Source: Flavobacteriales bacterium UBA6772
GTDB lineage: Bacteria; Bacteroidota; Bacteroidia; Flavobacteriales; UBA7430
Direction: 5' to 3'
Length of the DNA: 64,000 nt
Assembly: GCA_905182215.1 (NCBI GenBank)
Contig: CAJJAI010000004.1
Span: forward strand, 635-64,634
In this document: positions 20,454 to 30,363 of the stretch, one piece after another
How positions within the stretch are numbered: the stretch's first letter is position 1
Layout of the letters: every line of letters begins with the position of its first letter
Position numbers and translations under genes: made by a program
The notes under the pieces: model-generated
The model's database searches: none
The model's input: the letters and a program-made list of their open reading frames with translations, nothing else
What the model was told of the DNA's origin: nothing

Positions 20454-21299
20454 ATGAATAAAGGAGTGCAGTATATGCTTATTTCTTCATTTGCATTTTC
20501 ACTAATGCATTTGTGTGTAAAAGCATTGCCACATATACCTGTATTTGAATTGGTTTTTTTTCGTTCTATTGTTTCTCTACTTATTAGTTTAATAAGTTTA
20601 AAAAAGAAAAATATTCCCGTATTCGGAAACAATAGAAAAGTTCTTTTAGCAAGAGGAATGTTTGGGGTAACAGCACTTACTTTATTTTTCATCACTTTGC
20701 AAAATATACCTCTTGCTGGTGCAGTCACCATACAATATCTATCTCCTATTTTTACCGCCTTTTTTGCTATTTGGATTTTAAAAGAAAAAATTAAAAACAG
20801 ACAATGGTTCTTTTTTTCTCTTGCTTTTTTAGGAGTTTTAACCTTAAAAGGATTTGATATTTCAGGACAAATTTCTTTTAAATATGTAGGTATAGGATTG
20901 GTATCAGCTTGTTTTTCGGGATTAGCATACAATTGTATACGCTTACTTAGAACTACAGAAAACCCATTAGTAGTAGTTTTTTATTTTCCTTTAGTTGCCA
21001 CACCTATAATGGCTGTTTTATCTTATTTTAATTGGATACAACCTCAGGGAACAGATTGGATATATTTACTCTTATTGGGTATAATTACACAAGTTGCTCA
21101 AATATATATGACCAAAGGAATTCAAAGTGATAGAGCAGGAAATATAATGACCTATAAATACATAGGTGTTTTATTTGCCTTTGGATATGGTTATTTGTTT
21201 TTTGGAGAAACTTATTCGTTCATGAGTATTTTTGGAATTTTCCTTTTACTTTCGGGCGTCTTATTAAATGTAGTTTTTAAATACAAAACGGTAGAATAG
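20454..21299 (+). CDS. EamA/DMT-family transporter
   Basis: 281 aa, ~10 hydrophobic helices arranged as two EamA-like halves. Confidence 0.8.
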   Translation: MNKGVQYMLISSFAFSLMHLCVKALPHIPVFELVFFRSIVSLLISLISLKKKNIPVFGNNRKVLLARGMFGVTALTLFFITLQNIPLAGAVTIQYLSPIFTAFFAIWILKEKIKNRQWFFFSLAFLGVLTLKGFDISGQISFKYVGIGLVSACFSGLAYNCIRLLRTTENPLVVVFYFPLVATPIMAVLSYFNWIQPQGTDWIYLLLLGIITQVAQIYMTKGIQSDRAGNIMTYKYIGVLFAFGYGYLFFGETYSFMSIFGIFLLLSGVLLNVVFKYKTVE

Positions 21300-22994
21300 A
21301 TGGAATCTAAAATAATCGACATAGCTAAAGAATGGCTTTCGGAATCTTACGATATAATTACACAAAAAGAAGTAGCATCCTTAATTTCTAATGGTGGTGA
21401 AGAGCTTATAGAGTCTTTTTACAAAGATTTAGATTTTGGTACTGGTGGAATGCGTGGTATTATGGGGGTAGGTACAAATAGAATTAATAAATATACTATT
21501 GGTAAAGCTACTCAAGGTTTAGCAAATACATTAATTGAAATGTATCCAGGCGAAGAAATTGGGGTTGCTATAGCTTATGATTGTAGAAATAAATCTGATT
21601 TTTTAGCACAAACAGCAGCTGAGGTTTTATCGGCTAACAATATAAAAGTTCATTTATTTGAGGCTTTAAGACCCACACCAGAACTTTCTTTTGCTGTTAG
21701 AGAACTCAATTGTAAAAGTGGAATTGTAATTACCGCTTCTCACAATCCAAAAGAATACAACGGTTATAAAGTTTATGGCGATGATGGTTGTCAAATTGTG
21801 AGCCCTTTTGATGTAGAATTAATAAGTAAGGTTAGAAGTTTATCTATAAACGAAGTAAATTTTAAAGCCAATAAAGAACTTATTAACTCTTTAGGTGAAG
21901 AAATGGACACCAAGTACATTAGTCGTTTAAAAACGCTTAGTTTATCTCCTGAAGCCATAAAAGAGCAAAGTCATTTACCTATTGTGTTTACGGGTATTCA
22001 TGGTACAGGCTCTGTTATGGTTCCTAAAGCATTAAAAGTTTTTGGATTTACGAATGTATATACTGTAGCATCACAAGATATAATAGATGGAAATTTTCCA
22101 ACGGTTAAATCGCCTAATCCAGAAGAACCAGCCGCATTAGAATTGGCGATTGCTTTAGCAAAGGAAAAAGGCGCAGAATTGGTGATGGGAACAGATCCTG
22201 ATGCAGATAGGGTAGGAATTGCAATTCCTAATAAATCGGGGGAATTTGTATTATTAAACGGAAACCAAACAGGCTCTTTATTAGTTAACTACTTACTAAT
22301 CCGGTGGAAAGAATTAGGTAAAATAACGGGTAAAGAGTTTATAGCCAAAACTATAGTTACTACCAATTTAATGGATGTAATAGCAATAGCCAATGGGGTA
22401 AAAGTTTACAACACCCTAACTGGATTCAAACATATTGGCGCTATTATAAGAGCCCTAGAGGGTAAAGAAAAGTTTATTGGTGGCGGAGAAGAAAGCTACG
22501 GTTATTTAGCAGGCGACTTCGTAAGAGATAAAGATGCGGTGATGTCTTGTGCTTTAATTGCCGAAATGGTTGCTTGGGCTAAAAGCAATCGTAAAAACCT
22601 CTTCGACTTAATGCAAGAGATGTATATGGAACACGGTTTTTATTTAGAAGACCTTATTTCCATTACCAAAAAAGGAAGACATGGAGCTGCGGAAATTGCC
22701 ACCATGTTAGATAATTTAAGATCAAACCCACCTAAATCAATTGTAGGAGAAGAGGTTATAGCAATTATTGATTATTTAGAGACAAAGAAAACAGGCTTAC
22801 CAGAATCGAATGTATTACAGTTTATTACCGCTAAGGGAACTAAGCTTACTGCCCGACCTTCTGGCACAGAACCAAAGATAAAATTCTACTTTTCGGTTAA
22901 TGAAAAATTGAGTTCTAAAACAGATTATGAGCTTATTAAGTCTAAATTGGAGAAAAAGATAGAGTCTATCCAAGTAGATTTAAGCTTAAACTAG
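21300..22994 (+). CDS. phospho-sugar mutase (phosphoglucomutase/phosphomannomutase family)
   Basis: 564 aa. TASHNPKEYNGYK active-site serine loop, GTDPDADR metal loop, GGEESYG sugar-binding loop. No gap to the EamA stop. Confidence 0.88.
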   Translation: MESKIIDIAKEWLSESYDIITQKEVASLISNGGEELIESFYKDLDFGTGGMRGIMGVGTNRINKYTIGKATQGLANTLIEMYPGEEIGVAIAYDCRNKSDFLAQTAAEVLSANNIKVHLFEALRPTPELSFAVRELNCKSGIVITASHNPKEYNGYKVYGDDGCQIVSPFDVELISKVRSLSINEVNFKANKELINSLGEEMDTKYISRLKTLSLSPEAIKEQSHLPIVFTGIHGTGSVMVPKALKVFGFTNVYTVASQDIIDGNFPTVKSPNPEEPAALELAIALAKEKGAELVMGTDPDADRVGIAIPNKSGEFVLLNGNQTGSLLVNYLLIRWKELGKITGKEFIAKTIVTTNLMDVIAIANGVKVYNTLTGFKHIGAIIRALEGKEKFIGGGEESYGYLAGDFVRDKDAVMSCALIAEMVAWAKSNRKNLFDLMQEMYMEHGFYLEDLISITKKGRHGAAEIATMLDNLRSNPPKSIVGEEVIAIIDYLETKKTGLPESNVLQFITAKGTKLTARPSGTEPKIKFYFSVNEKLSSKTDYELIKSKLEKKIESIQVDLSLN

Positions 22995-23028
22995 TACTAT
23001 TTGTGCTTAAAAAACTATATAAAAGTAA

Positions 23029-23054
23029 AAACAGGGTTTATACCCTGTTTTTTT
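23029..23054 (+). terminator. intrinsic terminator after the phospho-sugar mutase gene
   Basis: Stem AACAGGG / CCCTGTT, loop TTTATA, followed by TTTTT. Confidence 0.75.
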
Positions 23055-23289
23055 GTGCTTAAATACCACAACACTAGTCATATAGGGCTGTGTAGCTGTT
23101 TTTACTTAATAACAATGAGGTGTTCATAAGTGTTGTCAAAACAACTCATAATCAATTAGTTAAAAAAATAAATTACTAGTGTAGACAAGGATTTCAGCCT
23201 AATTAGATAGATTAAAAAAGTAAATAAATGAAACTTTGAAATATAGGGTGCATGACATCCTTAATTTTGAAGACTACAATCTATCTTTC

Positions 23290-23297
23290 TATATTTG
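23290..23297 (+). promoter_or_regulatory. candidate -7 box (TATATTTG) for the small membrane protein pair
   Basis: TAnnTTTG match 28 nt upstream of the ATG at 23325. It overlaps the TTG that the ORF track used as a start, which argues for the ATG start. Confidence 0.4.
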
Positions 23298-23324
23298 AGG
23301 GTATTAACTAAAACCTTAATTATT

Positions 23325-23546
23325 ATGGCTAACGCTTTTAAAATGCTAGGAGATTTAATCTCAGGATTAACTGCTTTATTGATGTCTTTAGTAGGGCTTG
23401 GTATTACAGCACAAATCTTAGGAATTGGCTGGACAGGAATGGATGTAATTGGTTCAATTACTGGATTGGTAAGTAGATTTGCTGCTGCGGATCTTGCTGG
23501 ACTAATAGCATTACTAGTTATTTTATCCTTTATGGGTAAAAAATAA
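23325..23546 (+). CDS. 73-aa glycine-rich small membrane protein (paralog 1)
   Basis: MANAFKMLGDLISGL... with 2-3 hydrophobic helices and a C-terminal KK. Followed by a 9-bp-stem hairpin (23556-23583). Confidence 0.6.
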   Translation: MANAFKMLGDLISGLTALLMSLVGLGITAQILGIGWTGMDVIGSITGLVSRFAAADLAGLIALLVILSFMGKK

Positions 23547-23602
23547 TTAACATAATTAAAGCCCTACATTTGTGGGGCTTTAATTATTTAATTTAAAATA
23601 GA

Positions 23603-23839
23603 ATGGGAGAAAAGTTTAAAGATCAACTCAAGTATATAAAAAAATCTATTGGCTATGCAGTAGATGTTGCCGTACCTTTTTTATGTTTAGGTATTGTAGT
23701 TCAGTTAATGGTGGGCACGCCTTTGTTTGGGTGGAATCCAGTAGGTAATATTATTAAAGCCTCAAATCAATTAGGCGATAATAGTTTTATTGGCGTAATC
23801 ACGCTTATAGTTTTGTATTCAGTTTTCAAGAAAAAGTAA
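23603..23839 (+). CDS. 78-aa small membrane protein (paralog 2)
   Basis: Shares with paralog 1 the pattern LGI..Q....GW...G.I.....(IG/AG).I.L.VL.S....KK. Followed by a hairpin plus T-run at 23863-23894. Confidence 0.6.
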   Translation: MGEKFKDQLKYIKKSIGYAVDVAVPFLCLGIVVQLMVGTPLFGWNPVGNIIKASNQLGDNSFIGVITLIVLYSVFKKK

Positions 23840-23950
23840 TCCCTTAACTTGAAATTTATATTAACCCTATCTACCGATGGGGTTTTATTTTTTTAGTCAA
23901 CATTCAAGCAAGATATTTAGTAGTTTTACCCTCTAAACGTTAAAGCAATT

Positions 23951-24625
23951 ATGTCTTATTGGAAAAATTATTGGAATAATACTGCGCTAGATAAATCACT
24001 GCTTAATCAGGTGCAAAGGAATTCTAATAAGAAAGACGATGGTCTTTTGTTGGTTGAAACACATCTTGTGGAATTATTAAATCTATCGAATAGCGATACG
24101 CTTTTAGACGTATGCTGTGGAAATGGACTTATAACAAATCGATTATCTAAACACTGTAACACCGTATTAGGAATAGACTTCTCTCCTCTTTTAATAGATA
24201 TTGCCACACAAAACAACACTTATTCTAGCGTAGAGTATCTTGTAGGAGACGCAACAACAATTACAAAAAGAACCAATCATAAATTCGATAAAATAGTACT
24301 TAATTTTTCTTTTCAATACTTTAATTTTGAAGATGGCTTAAGGGTGGTTTCGGAAATGAAAAAGCTTTTAAAGCCAAATGGACTTATTTTACTTGGTGAT
24401 ATTCCAGACCAAAAACGCTTTTGGACGTATTACAATACGTTCCCAAAACGTTTTTTCTATTTCAAACAATGGCTTTTTAAACAACCTAAAATGGGGAAGT
24501 TTTGGTCGGCACAGGAAATGATGAAAATAGCAATGCAGAACAACTTAAAAGGAACTTTTTTGAAACAAAAAGAAAAATTACCACACGCGCACTATAGGTT
24601 TGACTTCTTATTAGAAAACAAATAA
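23951..24625 (+). CDS. class I SAM-dependent methyltransferase
   Basis: 224 aa. Motif I LLDVCCGNGLIT and post-I IDFSPLLI, a Methyltransf_11/25-like layout. Confidence 0.8.
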   Translation: MSYWKNYWNNTALDKSLLNQVQRNSNKKDDGLLLVETHLVELLNLSNSDTLLDVCCGNGLITNRLSKHCNTVLGIDFSPLLIDIATQNNTYSSVEYLVGDATTITKRTNHKFDKIVLNFSFQYFNFEDGLRVVSEMKKLLKPNGLILLGDIPDQKRFWTYYNTFPKRFFYFKQWLFKQPKMGKFWSAQEMMKIAMQNNLKGTFLKQKEKLPHAHYRFDFLLENK

Positions 24626-24673
24626 AACTCTATAGAACCAAAAAGCCTCATACTTTCGTACAAGGCTTTTAAG

Positions 24674-24746
24674 TGGTGCTACCAGGATTCGAACCAGGGA
24701 CACATGGATTTTCAGTCCATTGCTCTACCAACTGAGCTATAGCACC
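24674..24746 (-). tRNA. tRNA-Phe (anticodon GAA)
   Basis: The reverse complement GGTGCTATAGCTCAGTTGGTAGAGCAATGGACTGAAAATCCATGTGTCCCTGGTTCGAATCCTGGTAGCACCA folds as a 73-nt cloverleaf. Anticodon loop CTGAAAA. No encoded CCA. TATATTTG box at 24767-24760. Confidence 0.95.
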
Positions 24747-24819
24747 ATTATTGAGGATGCAAATATAGACACAAGGATTTTATCTATCAAAGAAAATGCT
24801 TATTAATTTACATTATTAT

Positions 24820-24827
24820 TATTTTTG
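24820..24827 (+). promoter_or_regulatory. candidate -7 box (TATTTTTG) for coaX
   Basis: TAnnTTTG match 18 nt upstream of the coaX ATG. Confidence 0.3.
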
Positions 24828-24844
24828 TAAAATAATTACGGATT

Positions 24845-25576
24845 ATGGAACTCATTTTAGACGTTGGAAATACAAGAATTAAGTACGCTATATTTAGCGA
24901 AGCACACTTAATTAATAAAGGTTATTGTTCTGATAATGAATTAGAAGATATTCTAAATTCTATTGATGGACAGATAAAAACATGCCTTATTAGTTCGGTA
25001 AAACCGATAGCCAAAACACTGGATAATTTCTTAAATAAAAAGTCATTAGAGGTCTATTATTTGAGTTCGGAACTTAAAATGCCCTTTACAAATGATTACG
25101 AAACACCTAAAACGGTTGGTTCCGATCGTCTCGCTTTAGTTGCAGGAGGTCTTTTACTCTTTCCTAAAAAGGATGTTTTAATTATAGATATTGGTACTTG
25201 TATGACTTTCGATTTTATATCGAAAGAGGCTGTTTATCTAGGTGGAGCTATTTCCCCAGGCGTACAAATGCGTTTAAAAGCTCTTCATAATTTCACAGGA
25301 AAACTACCCTTAATAAAGCTAAAAGAACCTTTAGACCTAATCGGAAAGTCTACTAGCGAATCTATCTTATCGGGTGTAGTTAATGGTATGCGTATGGAGA
25401 TAAACGGCATAATAGATGCCTATAAATTGCGTTATCCAGAAGTAAAGACAATCCTTACAGGAGGCGATATGGCTTTCTTTGATAAGAAATTAAAAAATAG
25501 CATCTTTGCCGAAGCAGATATCCTGTTTAAGGGGATGCATTTTATACTGGATCAGAACACCTATGAAAATAATTAA
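24845..25576 (+). CDS. coaX: type III pantothenate kinase
   Basis: 243 aa. N-terminal LILDVGNTRIKYAIF, then GSDR and DIGTCMTFD, the acetate/sugar-kinase fold motifs of CoaX. Confidence 0.9.
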   Translation: MELILDVGNTRIKYAIFSEAHLINKGYCSDNELEDILNSIDGQIKTCLISSVKPIAKTLDNFLNKKSLEVYYLSSELKMPFTNDYETPKTVGSDRLALVAGGLLLFPKKDVLIIDIGTCMTFDFISKEAVYLGGAISPGVQMRLKALHNFTGKLPLIKLKEPLDLIGKSTSESILSGVVNGMRMEINGIIDAYKLRYPEVKTILTGGDMAFFDKKLKNSIFAEADILFKGMHFILDQNTYENN

Positions 25577-26852
25577 AAGTTTATTAGTAGCGCTTCTTTG
25601 CTTGCCCTTATTATCTGTGGCTCAGCAAAACACTATTTCACCTTATTCTTCTTTTGGAATAGGTGAGTTTCAAAGCCAAGGTTTTGCACTAAACACCGAC
25701 TTAGGTGGTTTAGGTATAGCCTTGCGTTCTAATAATCAATTAAACTTATTAAACCCAGCTTCTATTAGCGCTTTAACTTTAACTTCTTTTGAGGTTGGGG
25801 TAAAAGGGTCTTCTTTGTTTTTGAAAGACGCGAACTTTGAACAAGAAGCGTTTAGCTCTACCATGGCTTATTTAAGTTTAGGTTTTCCTATTGCTAAAGG
25901 TTTAGGTGTAAGCACTGGATTGTTGCCGTATTCTTTTAAAGGATATCAGCTGTCTCAGAGCAGCGAGTGGGCTAACGAATTAGATACGCTGAACACCAAC
26001 ATTGATTACATAGGTTCTGGCGGATTAACTCGCGCCTATCTTAATGTGGGTGTCGAATTATTTAAAGGGCTTTCTGTTGGTGTTACTGCAAACATGATTT
26101 TTGGCACACTATCACAGCGAAGAGATTTGTGGTCTGATGAACCAAACTTCATCAACCGAAGAGATGAGAGCCTTTATAGGCTAAGGGATTATTCTTTTGA
26201 TGCGGGTGTTCAGTACCAGGTTGACATTAGAGATAAGCAGCTAATTTTTGGAGCTACTTATAGTCCACAGACAAACTTGGCGGCTAGCAACAAAGGCGCT
26301 ATTTATACCTACAATGTTGTAAACAACTTTGAGTATATAAGAGATACAGTATCTGTGGATGCAACAACTTCAAACGGTTTGATTTTGCCAATGGCATTTG
26401 GAGTCGGTGCGTCTTTAGGAAAAGAAAATAACTGGTTTGTTTCTGGAGAGTATGAATTTAAAGAATGGTCTCAGCTTAGCCTTTTTGGAACACCGAGTCC
26501 CGAGCTTCAAAACGCATCCCAAATAAAGGTTGGTGCTTGGATAATACCCAACAAGAAAGACGTTCATCGCTATTGGAAAAATATTCAATACAGAATGGGT
26601 GTAAACTATAATACAGGCTACTTAGCTATTGCAGAATTAAATAGCGATGCTGCACAAACAAGTATTAAGGACCTTAGCCTTAGTCTAGGCTTTGGATTGC
26701 CTTTAAAGCGCTCTAATACAATTGCCAATATTGGAGTTCAATTTGGAAAAAGAGGAACAGTAGAGAATAACTTAGTAGAGGAAAAATACATCAAATTCCA
26801 CTTAGCCTTTACTTTTAACGACAAGTGGTTCACAAAACGTAAAATAGATTAA
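25563..26852 (+). CDS. secreted hypothetical protein, probable outer-membrane beta-barrel
   Basis: Start moved to the ATG at 25563 (MKIIKSLLVALLCLPLLSVAQ signal peptide). Alternating G/aromatic beta-strand-like pattern. The upstream extension in the ORF track overlaps the coaX 3' end. Confidence 0.45.
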   Translation: MKIIKSLLVALLCLPLLSVAQQNTISPYSSFGIGEFQSQGFALNTDLGGLGIALRSNNQLNLLNPASISALTLTSFEVGVKGSSLFLKDANFEQEAFSSTMAYLSLGFPIAKGLGVSTGLLPYSFKGYQLSQSSEWANELDTLNTNIDYIGSGGLTRAYLNVGVELFKGLSVGVTANMIFGTLSQRRDLWSDEPNFINRRDESLYRLRDYSFDAGVQYQVDIRDKQLIFGATYSPQTNLAASNKGAIYTYNVVNNFEYIRDTVSVDATTSNGLILPMAFGVGASLGKENNWFVSGEYEFKEWSQLSLFGTPSPELQNASQIKVGAWIIPNKKDVHRYWKNIQYRMGVNYNTGYLAIAELNSDAAQTSIKDLSLSLGFGLPLKRSNTIANIGVQFGKRGTVENNLVEEKYIKFHLAFTFNDKWFTKRKID

Positions 26853-26864
26853 CAAATACACGCT

Positions 26865-28268
26865 ATGAGAGTGAAATTATTTTCATTGTTTACCCTAGTT
26901 GCAATGTCGTTTTCGGCCTTTGCACAAGACGAAGCTACCCTTTTAAAATACGGTACTGATAAAGATGCTTGCGAGCAAAACTTATCTATTTATACCGAAT
27001 TTTACAAGCAGAAAAATTATGCAGATGCTTATAAATCATGGGTTTATTTATTTGATAACGCACCTAAGCGTACGAAGAATATTTACATTCACGGACCTAA
27101 GATTATTAAAGGATTAATTAAGACGGTTACCGAGGAAACTCGTAAGGCTGCTTTAGTAGACTCTTTAATGATGATTTACGATCAAAGAAATACATACTAC
27201 CCAGGTAGCGAAGCGAGAGTTGTTGGCTATAAGGGAGCGGACATGTATAAGTATAAAAAAGGAACTACTGAAGGGATACAAGAAGCCTATTCTGTATTAG
27301 AAGAAGCTTTTAATTTAGGCGGTAACACGAGTTCGCCTAGAGTATTGAGTACTTATTTTGTAGCTTCTACCAAGTTGCTAAACGCAAAAGTTTTAACAAT
27401 TGAAGATTTGTTGAACTTGTTTTCTGACCTTTCTTCTGTAATTTCTTATAAAGAAGCGAAGCTATCTCAAGACGTTTTTAATGCGAACGAAAAAGAAGCA
27501 TTAACAAAAAAAGAAGCTAAGCAGCTAAAGAGAAATGAGGATGAAAAGGATAAACTATCTGACGTAAAAGATAATTTAGAAAAAGCTCTTGCTCCATACG
27601 CAACTTGCGAAAAGTTAGTTGAAATGTACACAAGAGACTTTGAAATAAACAAAGAAGATGTTACTTGGTTAAAGCGTTCTGCAAAATTATTGAACAAAAA
27701 AGAATGTACAGATGCAGATATTTTCTTCAGTATTTCTGAAGCACTTTACAATATCGACCCTTCTCCTTCTGCAGCTGCAAACATGGGAATTCGTTCTTTA
27801 AAACGCCAAGATTACACCAAAGCATTAGAGTTTTATAGTTATGCCTTAGACAACGAAGAAGACAACCTTAATAAAGCTCAATACGCCTACCGTTTAGCAC
27901 AAACTTACGGAGCAATGAATAAGAATCATTCTGCAAAAAGTTACGCGTTAAAAGCAGCTTCTTACCGTTATGGTTGGGGTGAGCCTTATATTCTTATTGG
28001 AGATCTTTACGCTAAAACATCACGTAAGTGTGGAGAATTACAAACGGAATTCCTTAAAAGAGTTGGTTACTGGGCGGCAGTAGATAAATACGAATATGCT
28101 GTAAAAATAGATCCATCTGTAAAAGGAAAGGCAGCTGAAAGGATTGTAAAATACACTGCTCAAATGCCAAGTAAAACAGATATTTTCACCGAAGGTTTAA
28201 TAGAAGTACTTACTTACAAAATTGACTGTTGGTATACTGAAACGGTAAATGTTAAAGTACCAGAATAA
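26865..28268 (+). CDS. secreted helical-repeat (TPR-like) hypothetical protein
   Basis: 467 aa with a signal peptide, repeated helical A/Y/L-rich segments and a K/E-rich coiled stretch. No catalytic motif seen. Confidence 0.4.
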   Translation: MRVKLFSLFTLVAMSFSAFAQDEATLLKYGTDKDACEQNLSIYTEFYKQKNYADAYKSWVYLFDNAPKRTKNIYIHGPKIIKGLIKTVTEETRKAALVDSLMMIYDQRNTYYPGSEARVVGYKGADMYKYKKGTTEGIQEAYSVLEEAFNLGGNTSSPRVLSTYFVASTKLLNAKVLTIEDLLNLFSDLSSVISYKEAKLSQDVFNANEKEALTKKEAKQLKRNEDEKDKLSDVKDNLEKALAPYATCEKLVEMYTRDFEINKEDVTWLKRSAKLLNKKECTDADIFFSISEALYNIDPSPSAAANMGIRSLKRQDYTKALEFYSYALDNEEDNLNKAQYAYRLAQTYGAMNKNHSAKSYALKAASYRYGWGEPYILIGDLYAKTSRKCGELQTEFLKRVGYWAAVDKYEYAVKIDPSVKGKAAERIVKYTAQMPSKTDIFTEGLIEVLTYKIDCWYTETVNVKVPE

Positions 28269-28296
28269 GTATTTTAGCTTTGCTAGAACAAATTCT

Positions 28297-28857
28297 ATGA
28301 GACTTCATACACACGGCACATATAAAAGCATTGCAGCTCTACTAGGGCTTGCAGTGCTTTTTTCATGTCAAACAAACCCCGTAGAAATGGAGGCTCTTTC
28401 TAAGGAGTTAAATGAGCCAACGGTATCAACTACAGATATAGAGTGGTTTTACACCAAAAATGGAAAAGCTTCTTTTAAATTAAATTCTCCAGAAATGTTT
28501 CGTTTTGATGGAGAAGAAGCCTACCTTGAATTTCCTAAGGGCATAGAATTGGAATCGTATGAATCGGAAGGAGATAAAGACGCTTATTTAAGGTCTGACT
28601 ATGCGATTCAGCATCTAAAGGATAATCTGATAGAGGCGAAAGGAAATGTGCTTTTACAAAATGTAAAAGGAGAAAAATTAGAAACAGAATACTTAATTTG
28701 GGACGAAGCAAAAGAGCTTATCTACACCGAAGAATTTGTAAAAATCACCAAGAACGGACAGGTAATAATGGGCGAAGGATTTGAGTCGGATATTTACTTT
28801 AGTGAATACACTCTTAAAAAAAGTAGAGGAATTATAAATTTAGATCATGCAGAATAA
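28297..28857 (+). CDS. lptC: LPS export protein LptC-like
   Basis: Start moved to 28297 (MRLHTHGTYKSIAALLGLAVLFSC). ~186 aa, with an OstA/LptC-like beta-jellyroll pattern. Assignment rests on family resemblance only. Confidence 0.55.
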   Translation: MRLHTHGTYKSIAALLGLAVLFSCQTNPVEMEALSKELNEPTVSTTDIEWFYTKNGKASFKLNSPEMFRFDGEEAYLEFPKGIELESYESEGDKDAYLRSDYAIQHLKDNLIEAKGNVLLQNVKGEKLETEYLIWDEAKELIYTEEFVKITKNGQVIMGEGFESDIYFSEYTLKKSRGIINLDHAE

Positions 28858-29035
28858 AGCACAAAAATTATTTATTGTACTATGGTTGTTGTTTGCTGTG
28901 TACGCTTTGTTAGACTCCTTATACCATATTTTCGTGTTAGACCAATTGAACAACGGATTAATGTATTTGGGGGCTTCGGCAATGGCTTACTTTATGCACC
29001 GCGTGCGAAAAAAACAATATTCTCAAGAAGATTAA
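28847..29035 (+). CDS. 62-aa two-helix membrane protein
   Basis: Two hydrophobic helices and a basic tail. Overlaps the lptC-like stop by 11 nt and ends 7 nt before the next gene. Confidence 0.5.
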   Translation: MQNKAQKLFIVLWLLFAVYALLDSLYHIFVLDQLNNGLMYLGASAMAYFMHRVRKKQYSQED

Positions 29036-29041
29036 TTATAA

Positions 29042-30301
29042 ATGGACCCCAGTAGTTTATCGATCATATTTATTTCTTTAGTGCTTTCTGCCTTTTTTTC
29101 AGGCATGGAAATAGCCTTTGTTGCGTCTAATAAGCTACATATTGAATTAATGAAAAAGAGGGGGGAGTTTAGCGCTCGTCTTTTATCTCCTTTATTAAAA
29201 AGTCCTTCTCGTTTTATTGCCACAATGTTGGTGGGTAATAATATTGCTTTGGTGATTTATGGAATAGAAATGGCCCTTCTTTTAGAGCCGATTTTAAGAA
29301 ATATTACCGAGGTAAATAGTCTTGTATTATTAGCCCAAACCCTTATTTCTACTGCTATAGTCTTAGTTACTGCGGAGTTTATTCCTAAAGTTATTTTTGG
29401 ATTAAATGCGAATAAGTTTCTCAGCCTTTTCGCAGTTCCCGCTTGGCTTTTTTATTATGGACTCTACTTTATTGTTTCTTTGGTTGTTGGGGTTTCTAAT
29501 TTTATTCTTAGACATATAATGGGGGTAAAACAACAGGACCAAAAACCAGTTTTTGGTAGGGTAGATTTACAAAGGTATCTAGAAGAACAAACGGGTGGTG
29601 TAAAGGATGTAGGAGACCAAGATTCGGAGATACAAATTTTCCAAAATGCATTAGATTTTTCAAAAGTTAAGGCAAGAGAATGTATGGTTCCCAGAAACGA
29701 AATAGTAGCCTTGGAACTAAATGATACCATAGAAAATTTACGAGATAAATTTATTGAAACAGGTTTTTCTAAAATTGTAATTTACAGAGACAATATAGAC
29801 AACGTTATAGGTTTTACCCATTCGTACGAGCTATTTAAGTTGCCTGCCAATATAAAATCGATCTTATTACCTATTGCTTTAATTCCCGAAACGATTACGG
29901 CAAACGATATTTTAAACATCTTTATTAAAGAGCGAAAAAGTATAGCTTTAGTAGTAGATGAATTTGGCGGCACTTCTGGTTTGCTTACCGTGGAGGATGT
30001 AATAGAAGAAATATTTGGAGAAATTGAAGACGAGCACGACACGATGGATATGGCCGAAGTTGAAATAGATGCCAATACATTTGTTTTTTCAGGTAGATTA
30101 GAAATTGATTTTTTGAATCAAAAATACCAGCTTAATCTTCCCGAGTCTGATGAGTACGAAACACTCAATGGCTTGATTGTTTTTTACTGTGAAAGCATTC
30201 CAGTAGTAAAAGATAAAATTGCAATCAAGGGGTATAATTTTGAAATTTTAGAGGTTAATAAGACCAGAATTGAAAAAGTACAATTATTCCGCAGCCTATA
30301 A
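29042..30301 (+). CDS. hemolysin-family / CNNM protein (DUF21-CBS pair-CorC_HlyC)
   Basis: 419 aa. N-terminal 4-TM DUF21 (FFSGMEIAF), a CBS pair (MVPRNEIVAL), and a C-terminal transporter-associated domain. Confidence 0.85.
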   Translation: MDPSSLSIIFISLVLSAFFSGMEIAFVASNKLHIELMKKRGEFSARLLSPLLKSPSRFIATMLVGNNIALVIYGIEMALLLEPILRNITEVNSLVLLAQTLISTAIVLVTAEFIPKVIFGLNANKFLSLFAVPAWLFYYGLYFIVSLVVGVSNFILRHIMGVKQQDQKPVFGRVDLQRYLEEQTGGVKDVGDQDSEIQIFQNALDFSKVKARECMVPRNEIVALELNDTIENLRDKFIETGFSKIVIYRDNIDNVIGFTHSYELFKLPANIKSILLPIALIPETITANDILNIFIKERKSIALVVDEFGGTSGLLTVEDVIEEIFGEIEDEHDTMDMAEVEIDANTFVFSGRLEIDFLNQKYQLNLPESDEYETLNGLIVFYCESIPVVKDKIAIKGYNFEILEVNKTRIEKVQLFRSL

Positions 30302-30363
30302 AAGCGTATTTTTTTTAATAATTTGTATATTCGCTGACTTGACAAACGAAAAACACACTGATA

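Noticed and set aside
20423-20932. 169-aa minus-strand ORF
   Set aside because: It lies almost entirely antisense to the EamA transporter gene, which has a coherent 10-TM pattern. The antisense product is low-complexity (K/F/I-rich), typical of shadow ORFs in AT-rich DNA.
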